From Octopus bimaculoides (taxonomy: Eukaryota), in assembly GCF_001194135.2 (NCBI RefSeq), contig NC_068992.1, positions 10,231,079 to 10,295,078 on the forward strand: a DNA stretch of 64,000 nt. Direction: 5' to 3'. Under the pieces are notes generated by a model. The model saw only the letters and a list, made by a program, of their open reading frames with translations, made no database searches and was not told the DNA's origin. Of the stretch, positions 27,542 to 40,094 are shown piece after piece (position 1 is the stretch's first letter; each line of letters starts with the position of its first letter). Both the position numbers and the translations under genes were made by a program.

Positions 27542-28757
27542 AATAAGGGCAGAGAATCGTCAATTAATAATAGAATTAATAATTAACAATTTTGCCAAGT
27601 AGTTCAGTATGAAAAAAACCTTTATCGGTAAAACTATTTATCATTATAAATATACAGGGATTAGCAATTGAGTTGCTTCTCCAACATACTGAAAATTTAG
27701 AAATAGCAGTCAAAGAACTACTGATTCCAAACTACAAATTTTTCTCTAAAGTGGATGGCGATATTTATGGCACACATAGAACAANNNNNNNNNNNNNNNN
27801 NNNNNNNNNNNNNNNNNNNNNNNNNNNNNNNNNNNNNNNNNNNNNNNNNNNNNNNNNNNNNNNNNNNNNNNNNNNNNNNNNNNNNNNNNNNNNNNNNNNN
27901 NNNNNNNNNNNNNNNNNNNNNNNNNNNNNNNNNNNNNNNNNNNNNNNNNNNNNNNNNNNNNNNNNNNNNNNNNNNNNNNNNNNNNNNNNNNNNNNNNNNN
28001 NNNNNNNNNNNNNNNNNNNNNNNNNNNNNNNNNNNNNNNNNNNNNNNNNNNNNNNNNNNNNNNNNNNNNNNNNNNNNNNNNNNNNNNNNNNNNNNNNNNN
28101 NNNNNNNNNNNNNNNNNNNNNNNNNNNNNNNNNNNNNNNNNNNNNNNNNNNNNNNNNNNNNNNNNNNNNNNNNNNNNNNNNNNNNNNNNNNNNNNNNNNN
28201 NNNNNNNNNNNNNNNNNNNNNNNNNNNNNNNNNNNNNNNNNNNNNNNNNNNNNNNNNNNNNNNNNNNNNNNNNNNNNNNNNNNNNNNNNNNNNNNNNNNN
28301 NNNNNNNNNNNNNNNNNNNNNNNNNNNNNNNNNNNNNNNNNNNNNNNNNNNNNNNNNNNNNNNNNNNNNNNNNNNNNNNNNNNNNNNNNNNNNNNNNNNN
28401 NNNNNNNNNNNNNNNNNNNNNNNNNNNNNNNNNNNNNNNNNNNNNNNNNNNNNNNNNNNNNNNNNNNNNNNNNNNNNNNNNNNNNNNNNNNNNNNNNNNN
28501 NNNNNNNNNNNNNNNNNNNNNNNNNNNNNNNNNNNNNNNNNNNNNNNNNNNNNNNNNNNNNNNNNNNNNNNNNNNNNNNNNNNNNNNNNNNNNNNNNNNN
28601 NNNNNNNNNNNNNNNNNNNNNNNNNNNNNNNNNNNNNNNNNNNNNNNNNNNNNNNNNNNNNNNNNNNNNNNNNNNNNNNNNNNNNNNNNNNNNNNNNNNN
28701 NNNNNNNNNNNNNNNNNNNNNNNNNNNNNNNNNNNNNNNNNNNNNNNNNNNNNNNNN

Positions 28758-28810
<53 letters not shown>

Positions 28811-29049
28811 CACACATACACAATGCATACATACATATACATATGCACATATATATACATGCATAAAGCAAATTCCTATTAGAAATAAATATTTGTGTTA
28901 AGCACAAAATGGCAAATAATATCTAAAGAGACATTTTGAGTGTGTGTGGATATATTTGATGCTTAAATCTTTATAGCAATGTCAATATAACTGAAGATGC
29001 AGTTGGGCACCATGTATTGAGTTCTCTTTTGTTTCCATTTGTTTACAAT

Positions 29050-29081
<32 letters not shown>

Positions 29082-29091
29082 CACTCACACA

Positions 29092-29132
<41 letters not shown>

Positions 29133-29526
29133 TGGAAGCTCAAGCTTCAATATATATCGTAACAACTTAATGATATCCTGCNNNNNNNNNNNNNNNNNNN
29201 NNNNNNNNNNNNNNNNNNNNNNNNNNNNNNNNNNNNNNNNNNNNNNNNNNNNNNNNNNNNNNNNNNNNNNNNNNNNNNNNNNNNNNNNNNNNNNNNNNNN
29301 NNNNNNNNNNNNNNNNNNNNNNNNNNNNNNNNNNNNNNNNNNNNNNNNNNNNNNNNNNNNNNNNNNNNNNNNNNNNNNNNNNNNNNNNNNNNNNNNNNNN
29401 NNNNNNNNNNNNNNNNNNNNNNNNNNNNNNNNNNNNNNNNNNNNNNNNNNNNNNNNNNNNNNNNNNNNNNNNNNNNNNNNNNNNNNNNNNNNNNNNNNNN
29501 NNNNNNNNNNNNNNNNNNNNNNNNNN

Positions 29527-29557
<31 letters not shown>

Positions 29558-31552
29558 TTATTATCTGTCACAGTCTGTCTTACATTCTCACATGGATTGA
29601 ATGGTTCAAACCAAAAGGAGAATGGAGATTTATTAACATCCAAAACTTTTTTATTCAGCACCTATCTGTCTGTTGGTTGTGTTTTTTTGTCTTAACAGCA
29701 CATGATGGTTGTAAATGAGTATTACTGTTATACAAGCAGTGTTGTTCATTTTATATCTTTCATGAAGGCGTATCTGGCCATGGGGAAATATTATCTTGCT
29801 TGAAAACAGGTGAGGTTTGGTGACAAGAAGGGCATCCAGCTGTAGAAAATCTGATTTAAACATGTTCCATCTGAGCCATGCAAGAATGGAAAAGTGGAGG
29901 TTGAAACAATGAAAATGATGATAATTGTTAATGTGTATAAGATATATTATGATTTTTATATTTGATAATATGTGTACATTACCAAAATTGATGGATGGAA
30001 GCATCAAGTTAAGTCTGGCTTCAGGAGGCTCGTGGAACATCCATAAGGGTTTTCTGGCTTATGAGCAAGATGGTTTGTGTTTTTCTGGAACTCAATAATA
30101 TCTCACATGAGTAATTGAACTTAGTACCTGTTTGCAGCTATGTGGTCTGAGCCAAACAGGATTACTGACACAGCACTATCATCTTGCCTATGACAGGATA
30201 AAAACTGTTGACTTCTGGGATGGATTTCCACTGTCTTGTTCATTTGGCCGTTGTCACTCTCAACTATTAAGATATTATGGAGCTATTTAAATTTTTCATA
30301 GTCAGCAAAGAAATAATTTGAATTTAATGATTAATTTTCAGTTGAAATAATTATTGGATTTGTAAGTTTGATTTGTCACTTTTTCTCACATGTGATGAAT
30401 TTTGAACTGGTTTGGCCATCAGAATCATTATTGAATACATATTGACACTATCATTGTTATGATTTTTAAGTTAGTGACTCATAGTAGGGTCATCTTGCTA
30501 ATGAAAATACATGTACTGATGGCAGTTCTTTGTTTTATGCTATTTAAACAGTAAAATATAAAGAGGACCATAACCAGTGTGTGTATTTTCATTGATCTGG
30601 AACAAAAGGACAAACAATAAAGAAGTATGTCTGTAACCACCAGTGTATGAATATTCTTGGCAAGATGACCCTCCCACTAGTCTATAAACTAAAAGCTATA
30701 ATGATGATTGATTTGCAGCTTTCTCATTCCCAGTTTATTATGAAGTTTACTCCCAAGATAAATTTATTTCTAAATATTCTATTGTTTGATTGTATTTCAA
30801 TTTTTGAATTCAAAATTTTTCCACGTGTGATGAATTTGTGAACTGGTTTGGCCATTGGAATTGTTATCGAATATTTAAATATTGTCCTGTGTGTTTTGTT
30901 TCAGCTCTACAAGTTTGGAGAGACTGTATCAATCTGTTTTTGGACTGATACATGGCAACCGGATAGTTTTTATGACAAAATAGCGTCTAACCGAGAGAAA
31001 GGGATGCATACTCTGTGTCTGTTGGGTAGGTCAACCATTTTATTTCTTTGTCTAGTTTCAGGAAAAACTTGCATCGATAACAGAAAAAATGCCATCATTT
31101 TAAATTGGAGTTTGGAAAAAAAAGAATTCCTGAAATATGCGGTAAACGGTTTTACATAATATTGTAGTAGTAGTTGTAGTTGTAGTAGTAGTAGCAGTAG
31201 TAGTAGTCTTAGTAGTTTTTCTAGCTATTTTTTTTTTTGTTGCATTGTGACAAGTCCTGTAGTGTAAGTGGTAAATCTAGCAGCAAACCAAGCTGGCAAC
31301 CCAGGTTCAATTCCTGCTTACCACTCTTCATTTTTTACCTTCATTTCATTTCACTTTACTTAGAATGATCCTGGCTCTTAGAAAAAAAGTCATGAACGCC
31401 CTCAACTCCCCTTTTCCCATCTTTCCTTAAAGTCAACAGAGCTGATCATCCAATGTAGTCAAGGAAGATCACACAATTGACCCTGCGTTTCACTAGTGCA
31501 TGATACCAATAAACCACCAAAATCACCTGGTTTTGTCTTCTAGCCGCAATAC

Positions 31553-31590
<38 letters not shown>

Positions 31591-32916
31591 CATGGAAATA
31601 AATGATTTAATCTTTTACTTGTAGCTACAGAAATGAAAAGAAAGAGAAGCTTAGTCTTCACTGACAGGAGTGTGTGACTTAATGACTTGTAGCACTCTTG
31701 TACTTGTGGTTTGTTGTTTTAGGTACATTTGTGGGTTGAGAGGAGACAAAGACGTCTTCCATTGTAGTAATTAGTAGTAGTGGTGGTAATTATGTTAATA
31801 GCATTCATGGAGCTGTGTGACTTAGTGGTTAGGGTGTCAGCATCATGATTGTAAGATTGTGGTTTCAATTCCTGGACCGGGCGACACATTGTATTCTTGA
31901 GCAAAACACTTCATTTCACGTTGCTCCAGTTTACTCAGCTGGAAAGAATGATTAGTGCTGCAATGGACTGGCGTCCTGTCCAGGTGGGGAATTTATATGC
32001 CTTAGAAACCAGGAAACCAGCCCTTATGAGTCTGTGGGACTCGAGAAGGTAACACATCATCTCACATTGTTCTGCAGTCACTTTGACACCTGACATGTGG
32101 TTCACTGTGCACCTGTACAGGTAATGTCAATTTGGTGGAGGGGGAGGGGCAGCTTATGTACAGCACAAACACTTGATCACTGTAAACAAATCACTCATGC
32201 GAGTTGTCCAGCAAGAAATTGCAGAACCATTCTTCTTGGACTATGAGGGTCTACTATTGATCAATAAGTTCTGAGTTCAATGACATTGGTATCAAGCTGT
32301 ATTGATCTTTGTCTTGGCCAACATCAGAAGCATGGGGAGAGAGGAAACTTGCTACTTGGCAACTGCTGGTTTCTCGTTAAGAAAAAGATAAACAAGCAAA
32401 AAAGAAACTGTAAACTGGAGATGAGCTTTTTTAGTTCAGATCCATGCTCAATGCTGATCAGAGGGAGATCTTAGAGCAGCCATAAACAAACTATAGCTCT
32501 GGGCTGCCTGTGGCCTGCAGAACTTTCTGGGTGCAAACCTGATAAAGAATTTTCTTGAATGTTTTTAGTTGTGTGGCTTAGAATACCTGCGTTAAAATGA
32601 AAGAGAAGTATATGCATGCGTGATGAATAGATAGATATATAGATAGATAGATAGATAGATAGATAGAGAAAGAGAGAGAGGTGGGAAGAGGTTATGAGGT
32701 TATTAGTCATCTCTGCTGATAGCGCTGCCGTTTCTGTAGTGGTTTTTGTTGTTCAGATATCAAGCATAAGTTTGACTCGCAGGAAATGAATACTTTAACT
32801 CTTCTCTTACGATATTTCTGCTGAAATATGCTGCCTTTGTAATTATTAATTGAGCTGGTGGTGTTTGGAATATACATAAGTACATAAGTGCATATATACA
32901 TGCATGCATATATATA

Positions 32917-32967
<51 letters not shown>

Positions 32968-34157
32968 GTGTATATATGTGTGTGTGTGTGTGTGTGTGTA
33001 TGTATATGTGTATGTGTATGATTGATATCTTTTCCTCAAACTAAATTGTAAAAGAATATTCTCAACACCATTACAACGTTCACTATACTTAGTTCCACTA
33101 CCCTTAGTACACTGTTGTAATCAATCCACCCAGTTTAACTACCCTCAATACATTATTCTTATGTTTATCACACCCCATTTCACTACCCACAACACATTCT
33201 AATATTTAATCCACCCTGTTTCCTTACCCACAATACAATATTGTAATCAATCCATCCTATATCACTATCTTCAATATGCTATTTTTATGTTCAGTCCACC
33301 CTGTTTCACTACCCTCAATACAATACTGGAATCTATCCACCTTATTTCACTACCTTCAGTACATTATTCCTGTGTACAATCCACCCTGTTTCACTTCTCC
33401 AAGTACACCACCATTATAATTCAATGCACCCTGTTTTGCTACCCACACTACAACACTTTATTGTAATGTTTTGTGCACCCTGTTTTATTACCTAGACTAT
33501 AGCACATTATTTTAATGTTCAATCCACCCTGTTTCACTACCCACAATACATTATTGTAATGTTCTTCTGTCCACCCTGTTCTAATACCTACACATTGTCA
33601 CGTTATCATTGTATTCCATTCTCCCTATTTCACTCTACACCTTACAACTTTATTGCAATTATCAGTTCACCCTATTTTATTTCCCACTCTACCTTCCTCC
33701 GTTATAATGATCAATCCCCCCCCCCCCGTTTCACTACCCACAGAATATTATTCTAATGTTCTGCACACCCTGTTTTATTATCCACACTTATATAATTCTC
33801 TTACCATCTTCAATACACCCTATTCCACTACCCACTCTATAACATTCTATTGTAATAGCTAGTGCACCCTCTTTTATTCCACACACAAAATCACTCCTCT
33901 ACCCGCACTATATCACTCTACTGTAATGTCTAGTTCACCCTAGTTTAACTATCTATATGTTATGCCACCTATTTTTATATATCTATAGTGAATTAGAAAC
34001 CCAAATAAATTTAGTTTTATATCCAGATTATAAACCAGGTTTGGAATCTCTTGGATGATGTGGATAAGAAATATTTCTTAATTTCCTTGTTTTTTTTTCA
34101 ACTTGTCTGTTTTTCAGATATCAAAATTAAAGAACAAAGTATTGAAAATCTTATGCG
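10192..34157 (+). CDS. DPH5: Diphthine methyl ester synthase, 3'-partial multi-exon gene (6 coding exons visible, 530 nt)
   Basis: Spliced translation: [177 protein letters not shown]. It carries the hallmark DPH5 motifs ([57 protein letters not shown]). All introns are GT-AG with consistent phases. Confidence 0.97.
12905..13130 (-). mobile_element. LINE-3'-end-like repeat with (GAT)n tail (second family)
   Basis: Related copies at about 25835-26060 (-), 29720-29915 (+), 44840-45050 (+) and 57965-58140 (-); shares AAGGGCATCCAGCTGTA with the RTE tails. Confidence 0.7.
15011..15311 (-). mobile_element. tRNA-headed SINE, 5'-truncated, bipartite around a CA/TA microsatellite
   Basis: Reverse complement matches the copies at 35816, 38222 and 53924. 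Confidence 0.85.
17081..17779 (-). mobile_element. Tc1-like transposon 5' remnant (TIR plus N-terminal HTH)
   Basis: ATG at 17470: [92 protein letters not shown] is a Tc1 paired-like HTH. The end reads TACTGAATTACAAAAGAAAC on the minus strand, like a Tc1 TIR. Confidence 0.85.
18182..18480 (-). mobile_element. RTE-type LINE 3' end
   Basis: Minus-strand [19 protein letters not shown] followed by the common 3' UTR (TTAGGAAGGGCATCCAGC...CCAACCCATGCCAGCATGGAC). Confidence 0.75.
19419..19479 (+). CDS. DPH5: DPH5 coding exon 2 (61 nt)
   Basis: Acceptor ttgtttccAG, [20 protein letters not shown] plus 1 nt, donor GTAAGT. Confidence 0.95.
19600..19965 (+). mobile_element. Two tandem tRNA-headed SINE 5' halves just after DPH5 exon 2
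   Basis: Two copies of GGTTCAGTCCCAC / GGATTCAATCCCAC ... CAAAGCTTTGTGAGTGGATTTGG. Confidence 0.8.
20676..21060 (+). mobile_element. tRNA-headed SINE, full bipartite copy interrupted by (TA)n
   Basis: Head GTGGCTGTGTGGTAAG; tail GACTGAAACTAGTAAGA. Confidence 0.8.
21141..21204 (+). CDS. DPH5: DPH5 coding exon 3 (64 nt)
   Basis: Acceptor tttttttcAG, (D)[20 protein letters not shown](G), donor GTGAGT. Confidence 0.95.
21319..22009. mobile_element. Mariner-derived fold-back element: two inverted copies of the transposon 5' end in DPH5 intron 3
   Basis: TIR-like GTGGTCTGATCAATAAGTATCC at about 21319. The + arm reads [26 protein letters not shown] from 21459. The - arm from 21966 encodes the longer mariner N-terminus (..[73 protein letters not shown]). 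Confidence 0.85.
22161..22269 (+). CDS. DPH5: DPH5 coding exon 4 (109 nt)
   Basis: Acceptor tctgtctcAG, [36 protein letters not shown], donor GTAAGT. Confidence 0.96.
22775..23056 (+). mobile_element. Young RTE-type LINE 3' end with (GAT)n tail
   Basis: Nearly identical to 51982-52160; the same tail is attached to RTE ORF2 at 55648-56370. Confidence 0.85.
23594..23821. mobile_element. MITE family 1 with (TTAA)CCCTTTAGCATT...AATGCTAAAGGG(TTAA) ends, piggyBac-like
   Basis: Recurs at about 43880-44081 (intact right end AATGCTAAAGGGTTAA), 45645-45681, 51968-52350 and 53525-53700. Confidence 0.7.
23990..24420 (+). mobile_element. Decayed RTE/BovB-type LINE C-terminal fragment
   Basis: [42 protein letters not shown] resembles the RTE ORF C-terminus (K..LK.NLK.....LE..A.DR..WR). 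Confidence 0.45.
25363..25678 (-). mobile_element. tRNA-headed SINE (TGGAGGCGCAATGGCCCAGTGG family), full length with 12-bp target site duplication
   Basis: A-box TGGCCCAGTGG and B-box GTTTCGATTCC on the minus strand, A-rich tail, and TSD AAGGGTACATGT at 25351-25362 and 25679-25690. Confidence 0.9.
30905..31025 (+). CDS. DPH5: DPH5 coding exon 5 (121 nt)
   Basis: Acceptor gttttgtttcAG, [40 protein letters not shown] plus 1 nt, donor GTAGGT. Confidence 0.96.
31254..31324 (+). pseudogene. Solo tRNA-like sequence (tRNA pseudogene or isolated SINE head)
   Basis: A-box-like TAGTGTAAGTGG, hairpin CAGC-AAACCAA-GCTG, T-arm CAGG-TTCAATT-CCTG and a downstream T run, but the acceptor stem does not pair. 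Confidence 0.4.
31809..32050 (+). mobile_element. tRNA-headed SINE with CTTGAGCAAAACACTTCATTTCACGTTGCTCCAG body
   Basis: Head GACTTAGTGGTTAGG...GTTTCAATTCC; its 3' part GATGGACTGGCGTCCTGTCCAG...GAAACC is shared with the 25363-25678 SINE. Confidence 0.8.
33065..33960. repeat. Degenerate minisatellite, about 44-bp unit, about 20 copies
   Basis: Consensus by eye AATCCACCCTGTTTCACTACCCACAATACATTATTGTAATGTTC. Confidence 0.9.
34118..34157 (+). CDS. DPH5: DPH5 coding exon 6 (40 nt)
   Basis: Acceptor ctgtttttcAG, (D)[12 protein letters not shown](R), donor GTAAGT. Confidence 0.94.
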
Positions 34158-35452
34158 GTAAGTAAATTTTTTCAATTTTTAATACAGGTTGCATTGTGAA
34201 AATGGGACAAACTGCTGGGCAAGTTGAGCTGTATCATTGTCCTTTTTCTTGTCTGAAATTTGCTAAAAAAAAAAAAAAAAATCTCCAAAATAGTTGTCAC
34301 CAGATTGCCATTGCAATATTGTCCCAAAATTTCCATTGTCATCTCATAATTCTTATTTTTGTCAAAGTTGTCATACAAAAATCAGGATGTTAATTAATGT
34401 CACAAATTTGTCACAAAAAAACAAAAAAAAAAAAATGACATGCTACAAATTGTTGCAAGTCTTAACGCAAAATTCGACAGTTGTCAAAAAGTTGTTACAA
34501 ATTTACTTTAATTGACACATCAGTAATTGCTAAATTGTTATAAATTGTGAAACAAATTTCAAAAAGAGAGAAAGATGGATTTTATGTAATGGGGGAAATA
34601 TGTAGAGTGGAAATTTGTTTAGCTGAATTTTTTGTAGTGGTGAGTTGTGATAATTCATGACAATAAATTATATGTTAATTCATATCTATAAATTGTATTT
34701 CTATTTGATAATAGCCACTATTATAGCTGTGTGTGTGTGTGTGGCCTGTTTACCTCCTAGTATTTTAGCGGGGTGGCTTAAGAGATCAATAAAATAAATA
34801 CCAGCCTTATCAGAATAATAACGGGGTCGATTCATTCGGTTAGAACCCTTCAAGGTGGTGCCCCCAGCCCCCGACTGTAGTCCAGTGACAAATAAATAAA
34901 AAACAAAGACAACATTTTGTACCAGTAATTGTTTTTTGTAACAAAGCCAAATTAACTGAAATTTAAAGTTTATAAAAGATTTATTTGTTTCAGAGAAGAT
35001 CATTTTTCTCATCATCATAATCATCATCATCATCATCTTCATCATCATCATCATCTTGATGTCTCTTCTTCCACATTGCCATTAGTTGAGCTGATCTAAC
35101 AATCCAGTACCTCCCTCTGCATCTTATCACTGTTTCATTCCATTTATTGAAACACAATGTTCTCAGATCTGACTTGATTACTTCCTCTCTTATATTTTTG
35201 GGTCAACTAGAGCTATGACTATTTGTCCTAGTATAACACTTTTTCACTCAACATGCACCATATATTTTATATTATCTTTAAAAAAAGAATATTGTAATTG
35301 TTTCTAACAATTGCCAAATAGTGTAGCAGCCATACTTGGTTTTCAGATTCACGGCACTGGTTTTTTTTCTCTTGCTGAATATCAAAACAAGTAGTGGTGT
35401 ATGGAAACAAAATCCAGTTTCTGCTGTTAACTTGAAATAAAATTTACAGAAC

Positions 35453-35505
35453 AAGGGGAATAACTCTTAGTTTAAGGGGAATAACTCTTAGTTTAAGGGG
35501 AATAA
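35453..35505. repeat. 21-bp tandem repeat, 2.5 copies
   Basis: AAGGGGAATAACTCTTAGTTT at 35453 and 35474, partial at 35495. Confidence 0.9.
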
Positions 35506-35815
35506 TTCGGTCAAAAATATAAAAGTAGTTACAGAATAAAATTTCAGAAATCAGTTGTGAACTGAAAAAAACCAAAATCCTGAACAAAGATTTAAAAAAA
35601 AAAACCAAAAACAGTTTAATTAAATTCGCAATGAAGTATAATGTCGTGTGTTGTGGAAACAAAGAATCCCTTAATATATAATGTAGGTTCCTACTCGAAA
35701 CACCAAGAAAGACAAAAAAATCTAAAGCAAAAACCATATTGTAATAACTTGTAAACTTGCTTTTAACAGGAAACAAAAAAAACAAAACTTGTGAGCGACT
35801 CATACACGAGGCAGC

Positions 35816-36180
35816 TTACAAACCACTTGGTTCCGGGTTCAGTCCCACTGTGTGGCACCTTGGGCAAGTGTCTTCTACTATAGCTTCGGGCCGACCAAAG
35901 CCTTGTGAGTGGATTTGGTAGATGGAAACTGAAAGAAGCCCGTCGTATATATGTGTATATATATATATGTNNNNNNNNNNCCAACATCGCTTGACAACTG
36001 ATGCTGGTGTGTTTACGTCCCCGTAACTTAGCAATTTGGCAAAACAGACCGATAAAATAAGTACTAGGCTTACAAAAGAATAAGTCCTGGGGTTGATTTG
36101 CCTGACTAAAGGCAGTGCTCCAGCATGGCCACAGTCAAATGACTGAAACAAGTAAAAGAGTAAAAGAGTAAAAGAGTAAA
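35816..36180 (+). mobile_element. tRNA-headed SINE, near full length, (GTAAAAGA)n tail
   Basis: High identity to the copies at 38222-38588 and 53924-54298. Confidence 0.9.
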
Positions 36181-38221
36181 CAAATTTTGTACTGTGATTT
36201 AATACTGAATTGGAGGTATGATTTATACACAAGTAAATATGGCATTTTTTTAATGTTTAGTCAAGAGAAAGCCTCTCCTTTTCTCCTTCAACTAGGAAAA
36301 GGCAAAGGGGGAAAGCCTTGAGGTCCCCATTTTAGTTCTTAGGTGGGTCATTGATATTTTAGTTTGACTGATTTTGACTGTTTTTATCCAAATTAAAACC
36401 ATGTTTATTTGGAGATTTTGAGGGAATCGATGATGATGATGATGAGGATGTGTTTGATAAAATAACATACCATTTGAGCTCTAGGGGTCAGTGTAGTCAG
36501 TTTATCCTCGCCTAAGAAATTGCCGGCCTTGTGCCCAAATTTGAGACCAATATTTAAGCATTCTTAATATTAAGTTGTGCCACTGTGCTGTGACTCCTTT
36601 CACTGGCCCCTGGTATGATGGCTTATGTTCCAATGTCCCAGTCAGTGCATTGACTTCTTCCGTTTACCTTACATGTGATTTGTTTTTCAAATGTCAGTTA
36701 CTCAAAATTAATTGTATTTATTTTCACTAGATATATTTCTATTGAAAGAAAACCTACCATCTTCTGCATGATAATATAACACTCTATCTACAACTACATT
36801 ATCGAATATGTCTTTCTCCTTTTAAATATTAGACTAAGCGAGCCTTGGCTGCTATTTCTAGTAGATAAAACAATAACATACACACTTTGTGAACACAACT
36901 ATTACCGCAAGGGAGGCTACTTTTATATTTTTGTTCTTAGTTGTCTCCCTTGTGATTTCTATTAGGTTATTTATTTTTTGTTTACTTTTCATTACAAGAA
37001 TTGTAGCTTAACCAATTATAGAAAGAACCGATCGACTAACTAAACATTTTGGGGGACAAATGTCTTGTTCTGCCCTGTCAATATGTCTTGACGTTTCTTA
37101 GGACACTTGATTCTCAATATCTGAATTGAAAAAAATGAAAAGTGGATGAATTTGGTTTGCTTTCAGGAAAGGGAAAATTCTATCTTTTGAGGTCGTATCT
37201 TTGTTGGGGAGAGGGGAGAGATATGTGTTGTCCCTCTAGGAGGGACTGTGACCCACTCGTCTCCTCAGCTCTTGCCTTTCCCCAGTTTTGTCCACCCTTA
37301 ACCTCTACACAACTTACTATATTTAGTCCCCCCCACCCCAGTACTTCTTCTAACTGGAATCTTCTCCTTGCTTGTATGTTTTCTGCAACTGTTGATCGAT
37401 AACAGTTTAAACAGAACATTAATGGCATCAAACCCACGAACTTCAGAGGGCGTACTGGAATCATGTGAGCATTGCACTTCTTCCAGACTTGGTGAATAAA
37501 CAAAATAAAAGATTGGATAGAGAGAGAGAAAGAAAGAGAGAGAGAGAGAGGGGGGGGGGAGGATGTTAAAGCAAATGTAAAAACGAAGGTAGTTTTATTT
37601 TTGTTTTTAATTGTTGAACTTTAGAGCAAAGGCAATGCTTATGACATTTGACCCTAACCCGACACCTTTTCTTCCATCCTCATCGTCCTCGTCATTGAAC
37701 AATCTGCAAAGATCAGCTGAGACGGACAACGTAGTATTGCTCTCACATCTGGGATGCTGCTGCCATGCACACATACATCTTAGACTCCATCTAGAAAAAG
37801 GGCCAAAAGTCACCAGAACCAGGACTGTTGGCATCATGTCACTCACCAACCCCCGCCAGTCTGCTCCATACTTTCTTGTACTTCTATTATGGATTCTCCT
37901 CATCAAAACTGATCAGATTCAGGCCATCTTCATTTAGACATTCTTGACCAGCCTCTCTCCTTTTCTCATCACTTTTGTTGTGTCCAGTCTCTGTGGCCCC
38001 TCACTATTCCCTGTCTCCAGTCCATTTTCTCTCCCAAAATGTTGACTGTCTGGAATTTGTGTCATATTTCTTTTCCAAGGGTCTTATGGTGGTCTGTCAG
38101 AACAGCTGTCATAAATGAAATAGAATTACTTGTTTTGGGATAAATTTTTTCAGTATTTTTTGTCATTTTATAATATTCTATATTCTAAAACCTGCAATTC
38201 ACATTAAAAAAAAAAAAACAA

Positions 38222-38588
38222 GCTTACCAACCACATGGTCCTGGGTTCAGTCCCACTGCGTGGCACCTTGGGCTAGTGTCTTCTACTATAGCCTCGGGCC
38301 GACCAAAGCCTTGTGAGTGGATTTGGTAGACGGAAACTGAAAGAAGCCCATCGTATATACGTATATATATATGTATGTGTGTATGTGTTTGTGTGTCTGT
38401 GTTTGTCCCCCCCAACATCACTTGACAACCGATGCTGGTGTGTTTATGTGCCCGTAACTTAGCAGTTCGGCAAAAGAGACCAATAGAATAAGTACTAGGC
38501 TTACAAAGAATAAGTCCTGGGGTCGATTTGCTCGACTAAAGGCAGTGCTCCAGCATGGCCACAGTCAAAAGACTGAAACAAGTAAAAG
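38222..38588 (+). mobile_element. tRNA-headed SINE, near full length
   Basis: GGTTCAGTCCCACTGCGTGGCACCTTGGGC head/body, internal microsatellite, CAGCATGGCCACAGTC...GAAACAAGTAAAAG tail. Confidence 0.9.
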
Positions 38589-40094
38589 TGTAACCTTTTT
38601 TTTTTAAATCCATGTCTTTCAACACCCCTCCCTGTTTCATCATTGGGATTTTTCACCATTTAATAATATCCCACATTCTAAAATACATGTAATTTGCATA
38701 GAAAGAAGAAAATCCAATAATCCATAGTTTCACATCTCTTAACTACTCTTTATTATACCTTCGGAATAGCTGCCACAGTAAATCATTTTTGTTTTTTTGT
38801 AGCGGGGTGTATTTTTCTTCATTTTGTAATATTGCACATTCTGAAACACTAGTAATTCACAGTTTTTTTTTAATGGTTTAAGAGAAACATGGCATCAATC
38901 TCAGTGGTGTAGGGTTAGAGCATTGCCTTTGCTCTAGACTCAACAACCACAAAGCTATGCCTGCATCTCATTGTTAATACGTTATCTGAAGTCAACAAGC
39001 TGGCAGAATTGTTAACACTACGGACAAAATATTTAGCAGCATTTTGTCCTTACATTCTGAGTTCAACTTCTGCTGAGGTCGACTTTGCCTTTCATCTTTT
39101 CAGGGTCGATAAATAAAGTACCAGTTGAACACTGGGGTTGATATAATCGACTAATCCCCTCCTCCGAATTTCAAGCCTTGTGCCTATAGTAGAAAGGATT
39201 GTTAATATGATATTTGAAACATAGCATAACAAAAAAATTCTTACATAAAATGTGATTCTGGATGAACATGACCTGAAAATAATGATGGCATGGTCTCCAC
39301 TGGAATGTCTCTGATCATAGGCCTGTTTGACCAGAGCTGAACTGGGGGCTAAGCAATGCCACTTCTAATGCTCCAACCATAACCACCACCGCCACCCCAC
39401 CAAATCCATTCACAAGGTTTTGGTTGACCTGAGGCTATAGTAGAAGACACTCGTCCAAGGTGCCACTGAGTGGGACTGAACCTGGAACCATGTGGTTGGG
39501 AAGCAAACTTCTTACCATACAGCCACATCTGTGCCTATATGTACCGTTGTCTAACATAGGCACGTGGCCACACATTTGGGTAAAGGAATGGTTGATTAAA
39601 TCAGCAACAGTTCATTACTGGTATTCTTATTTTATCAATCACTGAAGGATGAATGGCAAAGTTGACCTTAGCAGGATTCTAACTCAGATTACGAAAAGAA
39701 GCAAGTAATTCTTGCCAGGTATTTGTATATAACTCTTTAATAATTCCGATGATCCATCATCCTTTAACCTGGTTATCATACTGATGTCTTTCTTTCAAGT
39801 TTATCTTGTTCATGAACCTTTACCTGATTCAAGTATTTCCTTGTGTTATTGGGTAAGACAACTTAATTGTACAATGTGATCTGTAGGAGTTAACTGTAAT
39901 GGCATGGTATTTCTTTGCCAGAAGGATATTTATTTCATCTATTTATTTAATCTGCTAAATCTAAAGCTGAATCTAAGCTTCAAGGGCTTCTTTGATGTTT
40001 GTCAGGATTAAATTTAATTCCCTCATTTGATCATGTTGTTAATAATAAATATCAGATTATTGAGTAATATTCCCTGAAGTTGTCTCGTTTGCCA

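Noticed and set aside
33065-33960. CRISPR-like regular repeats
   Set aside because: The units are contiguous and degenerate with no unique spacers, in a eukaryotic intron; this is a minisatellite.
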